Assembly: GCA_963785725.1 (NCBI GenBank)
Contig: CAWAWS010000003.1
Coordinates: forward strand, 64,001 to 128,000
Length of the DNA stretch: 64,000 nucleotides
Origin: an uncultured delta proteobacterium
GTDB taxonomy: Bacteria > Myxococcota_A > Polyangia > Palsa-1104
Direction: 5' to 3'
The position numbers were made by a program, and so were the translations under genes. Under the pieces are notes generated by a model. The model made no database searches and was not told the origin of the DNA. It saw only the letters and a program-made list of their open reading frames with translations. Numbering within the stretch: position 1 is the stretch's first letter; the number at the start of each line of letters is the position of its first letter. Positions 22,266 to 32,088 of the stretch are shown in pieces.

Positions 22266-25200
22266 ATGATGCTTCGGCTTAGAGCAGCAACTTGGATTGG
22301 TTTGACCTCACTCATCGTCTCCTGCGGCGCGCCTTCGAACGACGCCACCGGCTCTCGCGAGGAAGCGGTCATCGGCGGCAGCGGCGCCGTCACCGTCGGC
22401 ACCGCCAACACCATCGTCAACAAGTACTACTACGCCCTCGGCGCCGACGCGCCCGCCGGGGCGGTCACGCTGTCGCTGAGCGGCAGCGCCGGCATCGCGC
22501 CCGGCGACCTCGTCATGATCGTGCAGATGCAAGGCGCCACCATCGACACCACCAACACCGCCGCCTACGGCACCGTCAGCGCGCTCGGCGGCGCCGGCTC
22601 CTACGAGCTCGTCAGCGTCACCAGCGTCAACACCACCGCCAACACCATCACCGTCGACGATTCGTGCGGCGGCTTGAAGCATGCCTACTCCGCCGCTGGC
22701 CAGACGCAGGTCATCTTCGTGCCGCAGTATTCGTCGCTGACGATCAGATACGGGCGCGTCGATCACGGCGCCGGCGTGGAACGGCGCAACCGGCGGCGTC
22801 ATCGCGCTCACGGCGTCGACGACGATCACGCTCAACGGCACGGGCAGCATCAACGCCAACGCGCTCGGCTTCCGCGGCGGCCTCATGGACACCAACGCCA
22901 CGACCGAGGTCGACGTCGGCGGCCACAGCCAATGGGTCGGCACCAACACCGTCCTCGGCGCCGAAAAGGGCGAAGGCATCGCCGGCTTCGGCGCGCAGTT
23001 GGGCAGCGCCGGCTTCCTCGGCCGCGGCGCGCCCGCCAACGGCGGCGGCGGCGGCGACAACCACAACGGCGGCGGCGGCGGCGGCGCCAACGGCGGCGTC
23101 ACGTCCGGCAGCGGCACCTGGACCGGCGTCGGCACGATGAACGGCACCGTCGGCGGCGCCGCAGCGTGGACGCTCGATCCCGACTACATCGCCAACGGCA
23201 ACGCGCTCACGACGTCACCCGGCGGCGGTCGCGGCGGCTACACGTACTCGATGAACAAGAACGTGCCGACGACGACCGCGCCGGGCGCGGCCGCGTGGGC
23301 CGGCGATGATCGCTACGACCACGGCGGGCTCGGTGGCCGGCCGCTCACGTCCGATCCGGCGGGCACGATCTTCCTCGGCGGCGGCGGCGGCGCCGGCGAC
23401 TCCAACAACGGCACCGGCGGCGCGGGCGGCGCCGGCGGCGGCATCATCTTCGTCTTCGCCGGCACCTCGGTCACCGCGACCGGAACGGGCGGCATCAACG
23501 CCAACGGCGCCAACGGCAACAACACGACGCTCACCGGCAACGACGCGCCCGGCGGTGGCGGCGCCGGCGGCTCGATCGTCATCGCCGCGCCCACCATCAG
23601 CGGCATCACCTTCGCGGCCAACGGCGGCTCGGGCGGGTTGCAGAACATCACCGGCCACCAGAACGAAGCCGAAGGCCCGGGCGGCGGCGGCGGCGGCGGC
23701 TTCATCGCGCTCGCCACCGGCACCAATCCGACGACCGTCAACGGCGGCGCCGCCGGCACGACCAACTCGCCCGGCGTCACGCCCTTCGCCGTCAACGGCG
23801 CCACCGACGGCACCGCCGGCAACGTCCGCGTCGCCGCCTTCACCGCGCCGCTCTGTCAGCCGAGCCTCAGCGTCACCATCACCAACACGTCGCCGGCGAT
23901 TCCCGGCGATCCCATCACGTACACGATCACCGTCGTCAACAACAGCGCCACGCCCGGCAACTTGGCCACCAACGTGACCGACACGCTGCCCGCGCTCACC
24001 GGCGTCACCTGGAGCTGCGTGGCGTCGCTCGGCTCATCGTGCACGCCCACGAGCGGCACCGGCGCCATCAGCGACAGCGACTCGATCGCGCAGGGCGGAA
24101 CGATCACCTACACCGTCACCGGCACCATCGCGCCGACGGCGACCAACCCGTTCACGCTGACGGCGACGGCGACCGCGGGCGCGCTCACGTCGACGGCCAC
24201 CGACACCGTGCCGCTGGCGCCGGCGTCCGATCTGTCGGTCGTCGTCACGGCCACGCCCGAGCCCGACGCCGTCAACGACACGCTGACCTACTCCGTCAAC
24301 GTGACCAACTCGGGGCCGTCGAGCGCGCCCAGCGGCAGCGTCGTCATCACGCTCGACCCCAACGAGACCTTGCAGACCGCCACCGGCAGCGGCTGGACCT
24401 GCACCGGCACGACGACGGTCACGTGCACGAATCCCAGCGTCCCCGTCGGCACGTCGACGATCGGCGTGGCCGTGACGCCGACCACCGTCGGCTCGGTCAC
24501 GCTCGGCGCCACCGTCTCGTCGAGCGCCACCGATTCGACGCCCGGCAACAACACGACCACGCACACGACGACGATCGTCCGCTGCCTCGTCAACAGCGAC
24601 TGCCCGACGCCGGCCACCTGCAACACGACGACCGATTCGTGCACGCTGACGCCGCCCGTCATCACCGAGCCCGTCGACAATAGCAAGATCACCGACACCA
24701 CGCCGACCATCAGCGGCACCTGCGCCGCCGGCGCCACCGTCTTCGTCTCCATCGACGGCGGTGCGCCCATCGCCGCCACCGTCGTCGGCACGACGTTCAG
24801 CGTCACCGTCCCGAGCGCGCTCGCCTCCGGCGCGCACACCGCCGTCGCCACCGAGACGCTCGGCGCGGGCGCGACCGCCGTCAGCGCCACCAGCAACACC
24901 GACCACTTCACGATCGTCGCCTGCGTCACCAACGCCGATTGCCCGACCGCCAACGCCGCCTTCTGCTCGGCGCTCAACAGCTGCGTCGGCTGCAACGGCG
25001 ACGCCGGCAGCGGCGCCACCGATGCCTGCCCGACGACCGAGCCCTATTGCGCGCTCACCGGCGCCTGCGGCAAGTGCACCACCGGTCTCGACTGCGTCGG
25101 CCATCCCGGCGGCCTCATCTGCAACACCGGCACCGGCGCCTGCGGCACCGCCTGCGCCGTCGACTCCGATTGCAACGACAACACCAAGTGGTGCAGCGCC

Positions 25201-26658
25201 GGCGTGTGCACGCCCAAAGGCACCAACGGCACGCCTTTGCCGACGGTCAGCCCGATCAACGGCGCGTGCACGACCGCCAATGGCGCGCGCGTCTGCCTCT
25301 CCGGCGTCTGCGACGTGACCAACAACCAATGCGGCCTCACCAACTCCAAGAGCTGCGGCCCACCGACGACGAACGGCGAATGCGACAGCAACATCTGCTA
25401 CGCCAGCGACAACTTGTGCGGCGAGCCCAACGGCCAGGCGTGCCTGGCGGCGACCGTCTGCCGCAGCGGCGTCTGCTTCAGCAGCGACGGCCTGTGTGGC
25501 GAGCCCAACGGCCAGCCGTGCGCGACCAACGACGTCTGCCGCACGCTCTGCCTCGGCGCCGACGAGACCTGCGGCCTCTTGAACGGCTCGCCTTGCACCA
25601 GCGCCGGCAACTGCCGCAGCAACGTCTGCAACGCCGACGGCCACTGCGGCGATCCCGCCGGCACCGTCTGCACGACGGCGACGACCTGCCGCTCGGCCGT
25701 CTGCCACCTCGGCGCCTGCGTCGGCAGCTGCACGACCGACACCGACTGCGCCGCCGCCGATTGGTGCGACGCCAGCGCCGGCGACTGCACGCCCGATCTG
25801 CCCAACGGCCAGTCGTGCACGCGCGCCGCGCAGTGCCTGAGCAACGTCTGCAACGCCGACGGCAAGTGCGGCGATCCCGATGGCACCATCTGCGTCACCG
25901 CGACGACGTGCCGCTCGGGCGCCTGCAACTTGCTCGTGTGTGGCAGCGCCTGCACCAGCGACGCGCAATGCGCCACCGGCGACTACTGCGACACGACGTG
26001 CAAACCCACCGTCGCCAACGGCGTCGCTTGCGCCCGCGCCGCGATGTGCACCAGCAACGTCTGCAACAGCGACGGCAAGTGCGGCAATCCCAACGGCCAG
26101 CCGTGCACCGGCGCCGACGTCTGCCGCGGCGGCGCCTGCGACGCCACCGGCACCTGCGGCAGCGGCTGCACGACCGACGTGCAGTGCGGCGTCGCCAGCT
26201 ACTGCGACCTCACGGCCAAGATCTGCAAGCCCGGGCTCGTCAACAGCGTCGGCTGCGTACGTGGCGCGCAGTGCTTGTCCGGCGTCTGCGACACCGACGG
26301 CAAGTGCGGCGAGCCCGACGGTGAGCCGTGCGGCTCGGCGCTCTTGTGCCGCTCGGCCATGTGCGCGACGACCGGCGTCTGCTCGGGCGTCATCATTCCG
26401 CTCGACATGACCGTCGTCGCCGGCGACGGCGGCGCGCCCGACATGAGCGTCGCCGACCTCGGCGGCAACGACAACGGCGACATGGGCAACGGCCGCGGCG
26501 CCGACATGAGCGCGTCGGGCAGCCGACCCGCATTCTCCGGCGGCGGCTTCTGCGCGCTCGCCCCACCCGATCCAAAGTCCGGAGGCTGGCTTGGCCTGCT
26601 CCTCGTCGTCGCGCTCGTGTCGCTCGTTGCCCGCCGTCGCCAGAAGGAGATCGGTTAG
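22266..26658 (+). CDS. Large cell-surface protein: Gly-rich N-terminal domain, DUF11/Ig-like repeats, Cys-rich repeats, MYXO-CTERM-like tail (frameshift near 22750)
   Basis: ORFs 22266.. and 22885..26658; PGDPITYTITVVN and DLSVVVT...LTYSVNVTNSGPS; many C-x-S-x-V-C-N-A-D-G-K-C-G repeats; tail GGGFC...WLGLLLVVALVSLVARRR. Confidence 0.82.
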
Positions 26659-28473
26659 GTGACTCGCCTTCAGCGTCGTACCCACGCCGCACTCGCCTTC
26701 GCCTTCGCCTTGGTCGTCTCGAGCAGCAGCGCGCAGGCGCAGAACAAAGGCTTCACCGTCGAGCGCTACGAGCCGACCGCCGCCGGCTCGTGGACCTTCA
26801 GCGTCGACCACCCCTGGTACACGAACACCAAGTTCTTCTTCGCCGGCGGCTTGACGCTCGATTACGCCCACGATCCGCTGGTCTTCGGCACCGCCAACGG
26901 CAACAACTTCACGCAGCGCGAAGCGGTCATCGAGCACGACCTCATCGGCCACGTCGACTTGGCGGCGTCGTTCTTGGACCGCGTGCTCATCGCCTTCAGC
27001 TTGCCGGTGACGCTGCTCGAGCGCGGCCACAGCGTCGACGGCGTCGCGCCGCTGTCGGGCGCCGCCGCCGGCAATCCGCGCATCGGCGCCATGGTGCGCC
27101 TGTTCGGCCAGCCCTTGCGCGACGCCTTCTCGCTCCATCTCGGCATCGACTTCTGGATCCCGATCTCGGCCAACGACAACCACGCCGGCGACTCCACGGT
27201 GCGCGTCGAGCCCAAGCTCGTCTTGGCCGGCCTGTCGCACTGGCTCTTGTGGTCGTTCAGCGGCGCCTACCAATATCGCCCCGACGCCACCATCGGCAAC
27301 CTGCCCGAGTCGGGCGGCAACAGCGTCGGCCAGGAGCTGAAGTTCGGCCTCGCGCTCGCCTACGCCGACATCGAGCGCCGCTTCTCGATCGGCCCCGAGG
27401 CCACCGTCGGCACCGTCATCAAGCACGCCTTCACCAAGGACTACACGGCGAGCGAGATCTTGCTCGGCGTCCGCTACAACATCGCCCGCCAAGTCGAGCT
27501 CGGCGTCGCCGGCGGCATCGGCATCGGCGACGAGCCCGGCTCGCCCGACGGCCGCGTGCTCGTGCGCTTGGCCTACGCGCCCTATCGCGGCGGCCAGCCC
27601 GCGCCCAAGCCGCAGCCGTATGTCGCGCCGCCGCCGCCGCCGCCGCCGCCCGATCGCGACCACGACGGCGTGCCCGACGACGACGACCTCTGCCCCGACG
27701 AGCCCAAGGGCGACCACCCCGATCCGGCCAAGCGCGGCTGCCCGCTCAAGGACACCGACGCCGACGGCATCTACGATCCCGACGATCTGTGCCCGGAAGT
27801 GCCGATGGGGCCGCATCCCGACAAGTCGAAGCTCGGCTGCCCCGATCGCGACACCGACGGCGACGGCGTGTTCGACTCGGTCGATCAATGCAAAGAGGTC
27901 GCGTCCGGCCTGCATCCCGATCCGGCGCATCTCGGCTGCCCGCTGCCCGATCGCGACCAAGATCAGATCCCCGACGACGATGACGCCTGCCCCGACAAGC
28001 CGGGCGCGCCCAACCCTGATCCGAAGAAGAACGGCTGCCCCGGCCTGGTGAAGATCGAAGGCGGGCAGATCGTCATCATGCAGCCGGTCTATTTCGCAAC
28101 CAACAAGGACGTCATCCTGCAGAAGAGCTTCCCGGTGCTGCAGGCGGTGGCGGACGCGCTCTTGGCGACGCCGGGCATCAAGCACGTGGCCATCGAAGGG
28201 CACACCGACGATCGCGGCAAGCCCGAGCACAACATGGAGCTGTCCGACCGTCGCGCCCGGAGCGTCATGACGTTCCTCGTCGAGCACAAGATCGACGCCG
28301 ACCGGCTCGTCGCGCAGGGCTTCGGGCAGACGCGGCCGATCTCGAGCAACAAGACGACGGCCGGTCGCGCCACCAACCGCCGCGTCGAGTTCCACATCCT
28401 CGACGGCAGCGGCACGTCGAGCGACGCGCCGCCGAGCGACGTCACGCCGCCGCCCGCGTCACCCACGCCGTAG
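26659..28473 (+). CDS. OmpA-family outer membrane protein with thrombospondin type-3-like repeats (TraB-like architecture)
   Basis: Signal peptide, beta-barrel-like region, poly-Pro linker, DxDxDGxxDxxDxCP repeats, OmpA_C motifs IEGHTDDRG...LSDRRA...NRRVEF. Confidence 0.9.
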   Translation: MTRLQRRTHAALAFAFALVVSSSSAQAQNKGFTVERYEPTAAGSWTFSVDHPWYTNTKFFFAGGLTLDYAHDPLVFGTANGNNFTQREAVIEHDLIGHVDLAASFLDRVLIAFSLPVTLLERGHSVDGVAPLSGAAAGNPRIGAMVRLFGQPLRDAFSLHLGIDFWIPISANDNHAGDSTVRVEPKLVLAGLSHWLLWSFSGAYQYRPDATIGNLPESGGNSVGQELKFGLALAYADIERRFSIGPEATVGTVIKHAFTKDYTASEILLGVRYNIARQVELGVAGGIGIGDEPGSPDGRVLVRLAYAPYRGGQPAPKPQPYVAPPPPPPPPDRDHDGVPDDDDLCPDEPKGDHPDPAKRGCPLKDTDADGIYDPDDLCPEVPMGPHPDKSKLGCPDRDTDGDGVFDSVDQCKEVASGLHPDPAHLGCPLPDRDQDQIPDDDDACPDKPGAPNPDPKKNGCPGLVKIEGGQIVIMQPVYFATNKDVILQKSFPVLQAVADALLATPGIKHVAIEGHTDDRGKPEHNMELSDRRARSVMTFLVEHKIDADRLVAQGFGQTRPISSNKTTAGRATNRRVEFHILDGSGTSSDAPPSDVTPPPASPTP

Positions 28474-28556
28474 ACCTCGCCACAGCAATTTCGACGCCGC
28501 TCGACGAGCTGCGTCTGCGAACGGAGTCACGCCGACTGGCGCTGGCTCTGGCGCGG

Positions 28557-28982
28557 CTACCGCGCGGATCGTGACGCCATCACCTGCTCGATGGCATCGA
28601 TGATGTTGGCGACGTTGATCGTGAAGACGCCACCGTGCGCTGCCTTCCACTCGTCATAGCCCGCGGCAAAGTCGGGGATCGCCACCTTCTCGGCCACGAG
28701 GCGCGTCACGCTCCCGTCGAGTGCCTTGGCGGAGATGGGTGAGTGCGGCAGCTTCGTCTGCACGCCGGTCGGCGTCTTGAGCTTCACGCCGTCGATCGCG
28801 ATGTGGACGATCTCGCCGAGCTTCGGGTCGTGCTCGACTTTGAGGATCGTCAACGTCGACCCTTCTTCGCCGTGACGGGTCTGATAGGCCCACTTCTGGC
28901 CGGGGTGGTAGCGTGACTCCGCCTCCGCGACGCCCGCAGCACCGAAAAGCGCCAGCAACACAGCGACAATCTTGAGTGCCAT
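28557..28982 (-). CDS. Hypothetical exported protein
   Basis: Signal peptide MALKIVAVLLALFGAAGVAEA; globular-looking body (GQKWAYQTR...GYDEWK...GGVFT). Confidence 0.7.
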   Translation of the reverse strand: MALKIVAVLLALFGAAGVAEAESRYHPGQKWAYQTRHGEEGSTLTILKVEHDPKLGEIVHIAIDGVKLKTPTGVQTKLPHSPISAKALDGSVTRLVAEKVAIPDFAAGYDEWKAAHGGVFTINVANIIDAIEQVMASRSAR

Positions 28983-29180
28983 CGCCGGACGATAGCGCAG
29001 CATGGACGCCGCCTCCAACTCGCGCGCATAGCACGCGGGCGTTCAGCGAACAGCGTCGATCGTCGTTCGTGATCGCGGTCATTAGCGACGAGCGTGGCGC
29101 GTGGCATCATCCGTCGAAACGTTCGAGCTTCGCGGTCCGGGGATTGCGCCGGGTTCGCTTCGCCGATTGAGAGAGACGAA

Positions 29181-30920
29181 ATGCGCATCACTCCTTTGTT
29201 GCTCTCAGTCGCGCTTGCCGTCGGATGCGGCAATGGCGCGCACATGGGAACCGGCACCGGCGGCGCGGACCTTTCGCCCGGCGCGGACCTTTCGCCCGGC
29301 GCGGACCTCGGCCCTGCTGACGGATTGACGGTCAGCATCGTGTCGCCGCACGACACCACGTACACGAACGGAACCATCACGGTTCAAGTCGCCGTCGCCG
29401 GCGCCGCCGCCGATCGTCTCGATCTGGTCGCCGACGGCTCGCTGCTGGCCACGCTGCCGCTTCCCTATCAGTACGCGTGGGACACGACAGGCATGCCCGA
29501 GGCCAGCTACACGCTCGTCGCCCGCGCCACCCGCGCCGGCACCAGCTACGACAGCGCGCCGGTCACCGTCGTCGTCGATCGCACGGCGCCGACCGTCGTC
29601 ACGCGCTTCCCCGCGCCGGCCACCCTCGGCGTCGACGAGACCAAACCCTTCTGGGTGCAATTCTCCGAGGCCATGGACGGCGCCACGCTGACCGACTCGA
29701 CCGTCACGCTGACCGACGGCATCATGAACCTCGACAAGACCCTGGCGCTGTCGAGCGACGGCACGACGCTGACCTTGAGCAATCCGGTGCTGGCGCAGGC
29801 CGATGACGAGCTGACCGTCACCTTGAGCCCGACGATCAGCGATCGCGCCGGCAATCTCTTGGTCGTGCCCAAGGACGATTGGTGGTTCGAGGTGCCGGAT
29901 TGGCTCGCGCTCGGTGGCCTGCTGCCGGTCGCTGACGCCACCGCCTCGGGTGAAAGCTCGCAGCTGGTTATCGACGGCAGCGGCCGTCCGGTGATCGCCT
30001 ATCTCGAGGTGCCGACCAGCAATGGCAGCACACTGCACGTCCGCCGCTTCAATGGGACCAGCTGGGATCCGCTCGGCGGCACCAGCGATGTCGTCGGTCC
30101 GGCGCAGAACGCCGGCGCCTTTGCGCTCGCCGTCGACGCGCAGGGTAATCCGGCGGTGGCGCTGTCGTGGTCGTCGGCCGTCGAACTCTACCGTTGGGAC
30201 GGCACGAGCTGGCAGGGTGCCATCGTCTCGACCGTCGGTGGAACCGCCGACGCGTTGTCGCTGGCGTTCGACAGTGCCGGCGATCCCACCGTGGCGGCGC
30301 AATGGGGCTCCGGGCCGAGCATCGACATCGAGCAATGGGTCAACGGTCAATGGCAGCCGCTCGCCACTCCCTTGGGCGCCGTGGGTAATGTCAGCCCGTC
30401 GATTGCCTTCGATTCACAAGGGCAGCTGTGGCTGGCCTCCGTGCAGAACGGCGGTGTACCGTGGCTCGACTCCTATTCCGGCACCGCCTGGACGACCGGC
30501 GCCCTCGGCCTGTCGAGCGGTGTCACCGGGACCACGTTGGCGCTTGGCAGGGGCGCCGGTCAGGGGCCGTACGTCGGCACCACGTCGCTGCAGTTCGTGT
30601 CGCCCAATCTGGTCTCCATGTTCCAGGTCTGGACGCCGAGCGGCGCAATTAGCGACAGCGTGCAGACGACCGCACCGGGGGCGATGGCGGTCGGGCCCGC
30701 GGGGCAGCTCGTCCAGGCGTGGCCCTCCAACACGACCAACGGCGTCGTCACCACCGTCGAGAGCTATGATGCCACGACGAGCAAATGGAGCACGCTGGCC
30801 CCGGTGGCGCTGTCTTCCGGTCTCGCAATATCGGTGTTGAGCTCGGGCAAAACAGTGGTCGCGGGGTCGTCGCTCATCGGCCAGCGTCAGGACGTCTTCG
30901 CCTACATCTTCAACCACTGA
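29181..30920 (+). CDS. Lipoprotein with Ig-like domains and a beta-rich C-terminal region
   Basis: Lipobox AVGC; PYQYAWDT; VDRTAPTV; FSEAMD; DRAGN; repeated WDGTSW-type motifs. Confidence 0.75.
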   Translation: MRITPLLLSVALAVGCGNGAHMGTGTGGADLSPGADLSPGADLGPADGLTVSIVSPHDTTYTNGTITVQVAVAGAAADRLDLVADGSLLATLPLPYQYAWDTTGMPEASYTLVARATRAGTSYDSAPVTVVVDRTAPTVVTRFPAPATLGVDETKPFWVQFSEAMDGATLTDSTVTLTDGIMNLDKTLALSSDGTTLTLSNPVLAQADDELTVTLSPTISDRAGNLLVVPKDDWWFEVPDWLALGGLLPVADATASGESSQLVIDGSGRPVIAYLEVPTSNGSTLHVRRFNGTSWDPLGGTSDVVGPAQNAGAFALAVDAQGNPAVALSWSSAVELYRWDGTSWQGAIVSTVGGTADALSLAFDSAGDPTVAAQWGSGPSIDIEQWVNGQWQPLATPLGAVGNVSPSIAFDSQGQLWLASVQNGGVPWLDSYSGTAWTTGALGLSSGVTGTTLALGRGAGQGPYVGTTSLQFVSPNLVSMFQVWTPSGAISDSVQTTAPGAMAVGPAGQLVQAWPSNTTNGVVTTVESYDATTSKWSTLAPVALSSGLAISVLSSGKTVVAGSSLIGQRQDVFAYIFNH

Positions 30921-31227
30921 CGGTGGCGCGGCCGCCCGCCGCCGGCGGTCACGCGCTGGAACGAGAGGCGCGGCCGGGTCGCCAGCGGCGGCTACGTAGG
31001 CGTTCGGCGACACGCGCACACTCGCGCGAGTCCCAGTCGCGGAAAACGAGAACGCCTCGCACGCCTGTTACGTCGGATTGGCGCGCTCCGCGTACGCAAT
31101 TTCGGCCGGTTGGGCTGCGATTTCCCCTCAAGTCTCGCCCGCCATGGCCGATGGATGTCGAGGAGAGCCCACACCGCCGGTGACGCGCAGGCGCACCCAC
31201 CTGTCGGTCACGGCGACACGGAGACCC

Positions 31228-32088
31228 ATGGCCAATTTGCTGCTGCACAGCCTGAACGAATTTCACGAGATCATCTTCGGGCTCCTCGATCGGCTGCAGC
31301 CGAAGTCGGTGCTCGAGATCGGCTCGGAGACGGGCCGGTTCACCGAGGAGCTGATCGCGCGCTGCACGCGTCCCGGCCACGAGCTGATCACGATCGAGCC
31401 GTTTCCGGCCGCGCCGCTGCTCGACGCGGCGCGCGACAGCGACTCGTTTCACCTCGTTCCGAGCACCAGCCTCGCGTATCTGACGACGCGCGCCTGCCAC
31501 TCCGATTTCCTGCTCATCGACGGCGATCACAACTACTTCACGGTCTACAACGAGCTGCGCCTGGCGGCCGCCGGCTGGCAAGACGCCGGCATCGAAGACG
31601 GCGTCATGCTCCTGCACGACGTCGCCTTTCCCTGTGGCCGCCGCGACTTCTATTACAACCCGGCGCAAATTCCCGCGCCCTTCTTGCATCCGCATAGCTT
31701 CGAATTGGGCGTGACGATGGACAAGAAGATGGCGATTCGCGGCGGCTTTCGCGGCGAAGGCGCGTTCGCGGTGGCGCTTCACGAAGGCGGCCCGCGCAAC
31801 GGCGTGCTCACCGCCGTCGAGGATTTCTGCCAGGAGCAGCCGCGCTTCGTCTATCGCTCGGTCGACTGCGTCTTCGGCTTGGGCGCGCTGACCCTCGCCG
31901 GCACGCGCGCCGACGCCGCCGTCGCCGCCGCGTTCGCGCCCTATGACAACGCGCTCATTCGTCGGCTCGAGCGCAATCGCATGGAGCTGTATTTGAAGGT
32001 GCTCGAGCTGCAAGACCTGTTCGTCGCGCAGACGAAGCCGATGACGGCGTCGGGGCCGATCTTGCACGTGCTCGGGGGCGGCAAGTGA
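31228..32088 (+). CDS. Class I SAM-dependent methyltransferase (Methyltransf_24-like)
   Basis: VLEIGSETG; LLIDGDHNY; LLHDV; NGVLTAVEDF. Confidence 0.85.
   Translation: MANLLLHSLNEFHEIIFGLLDRLQPKSVLEIGSETGRFTEELIARCTRPGHELITIEPFPAAPLLDAARDSDSFHLVPSTSLAYLTTRACHSDFLLIDGDHNYFTVYNELRLAAAGWQDAGIEDGVMLLHDVAFPCGRRDFYYNPAQIPAPFLHPHSFELGVTMDKKMAIRGGFRGEGAFAVALHEGGPRNGVLTAVEDFCQEQPRFVYRSVDCVFGLGALTLAGTRADAAVAAAFAPYDNALIRRLERNRMELYLKVLELQDLFVAQTKPMTASGPILHVLGGGK

Noticed and set aside
24034..28395. 1453-aa minus-strand ORF and other long shadow ORFs (2664..4358, 31941..34109, 60842..63253)
   Set aside because: They are antisense or off-frame to well-supported genes, as expected in high-GC DNA with few stop codons, and have no recognisable motifs.
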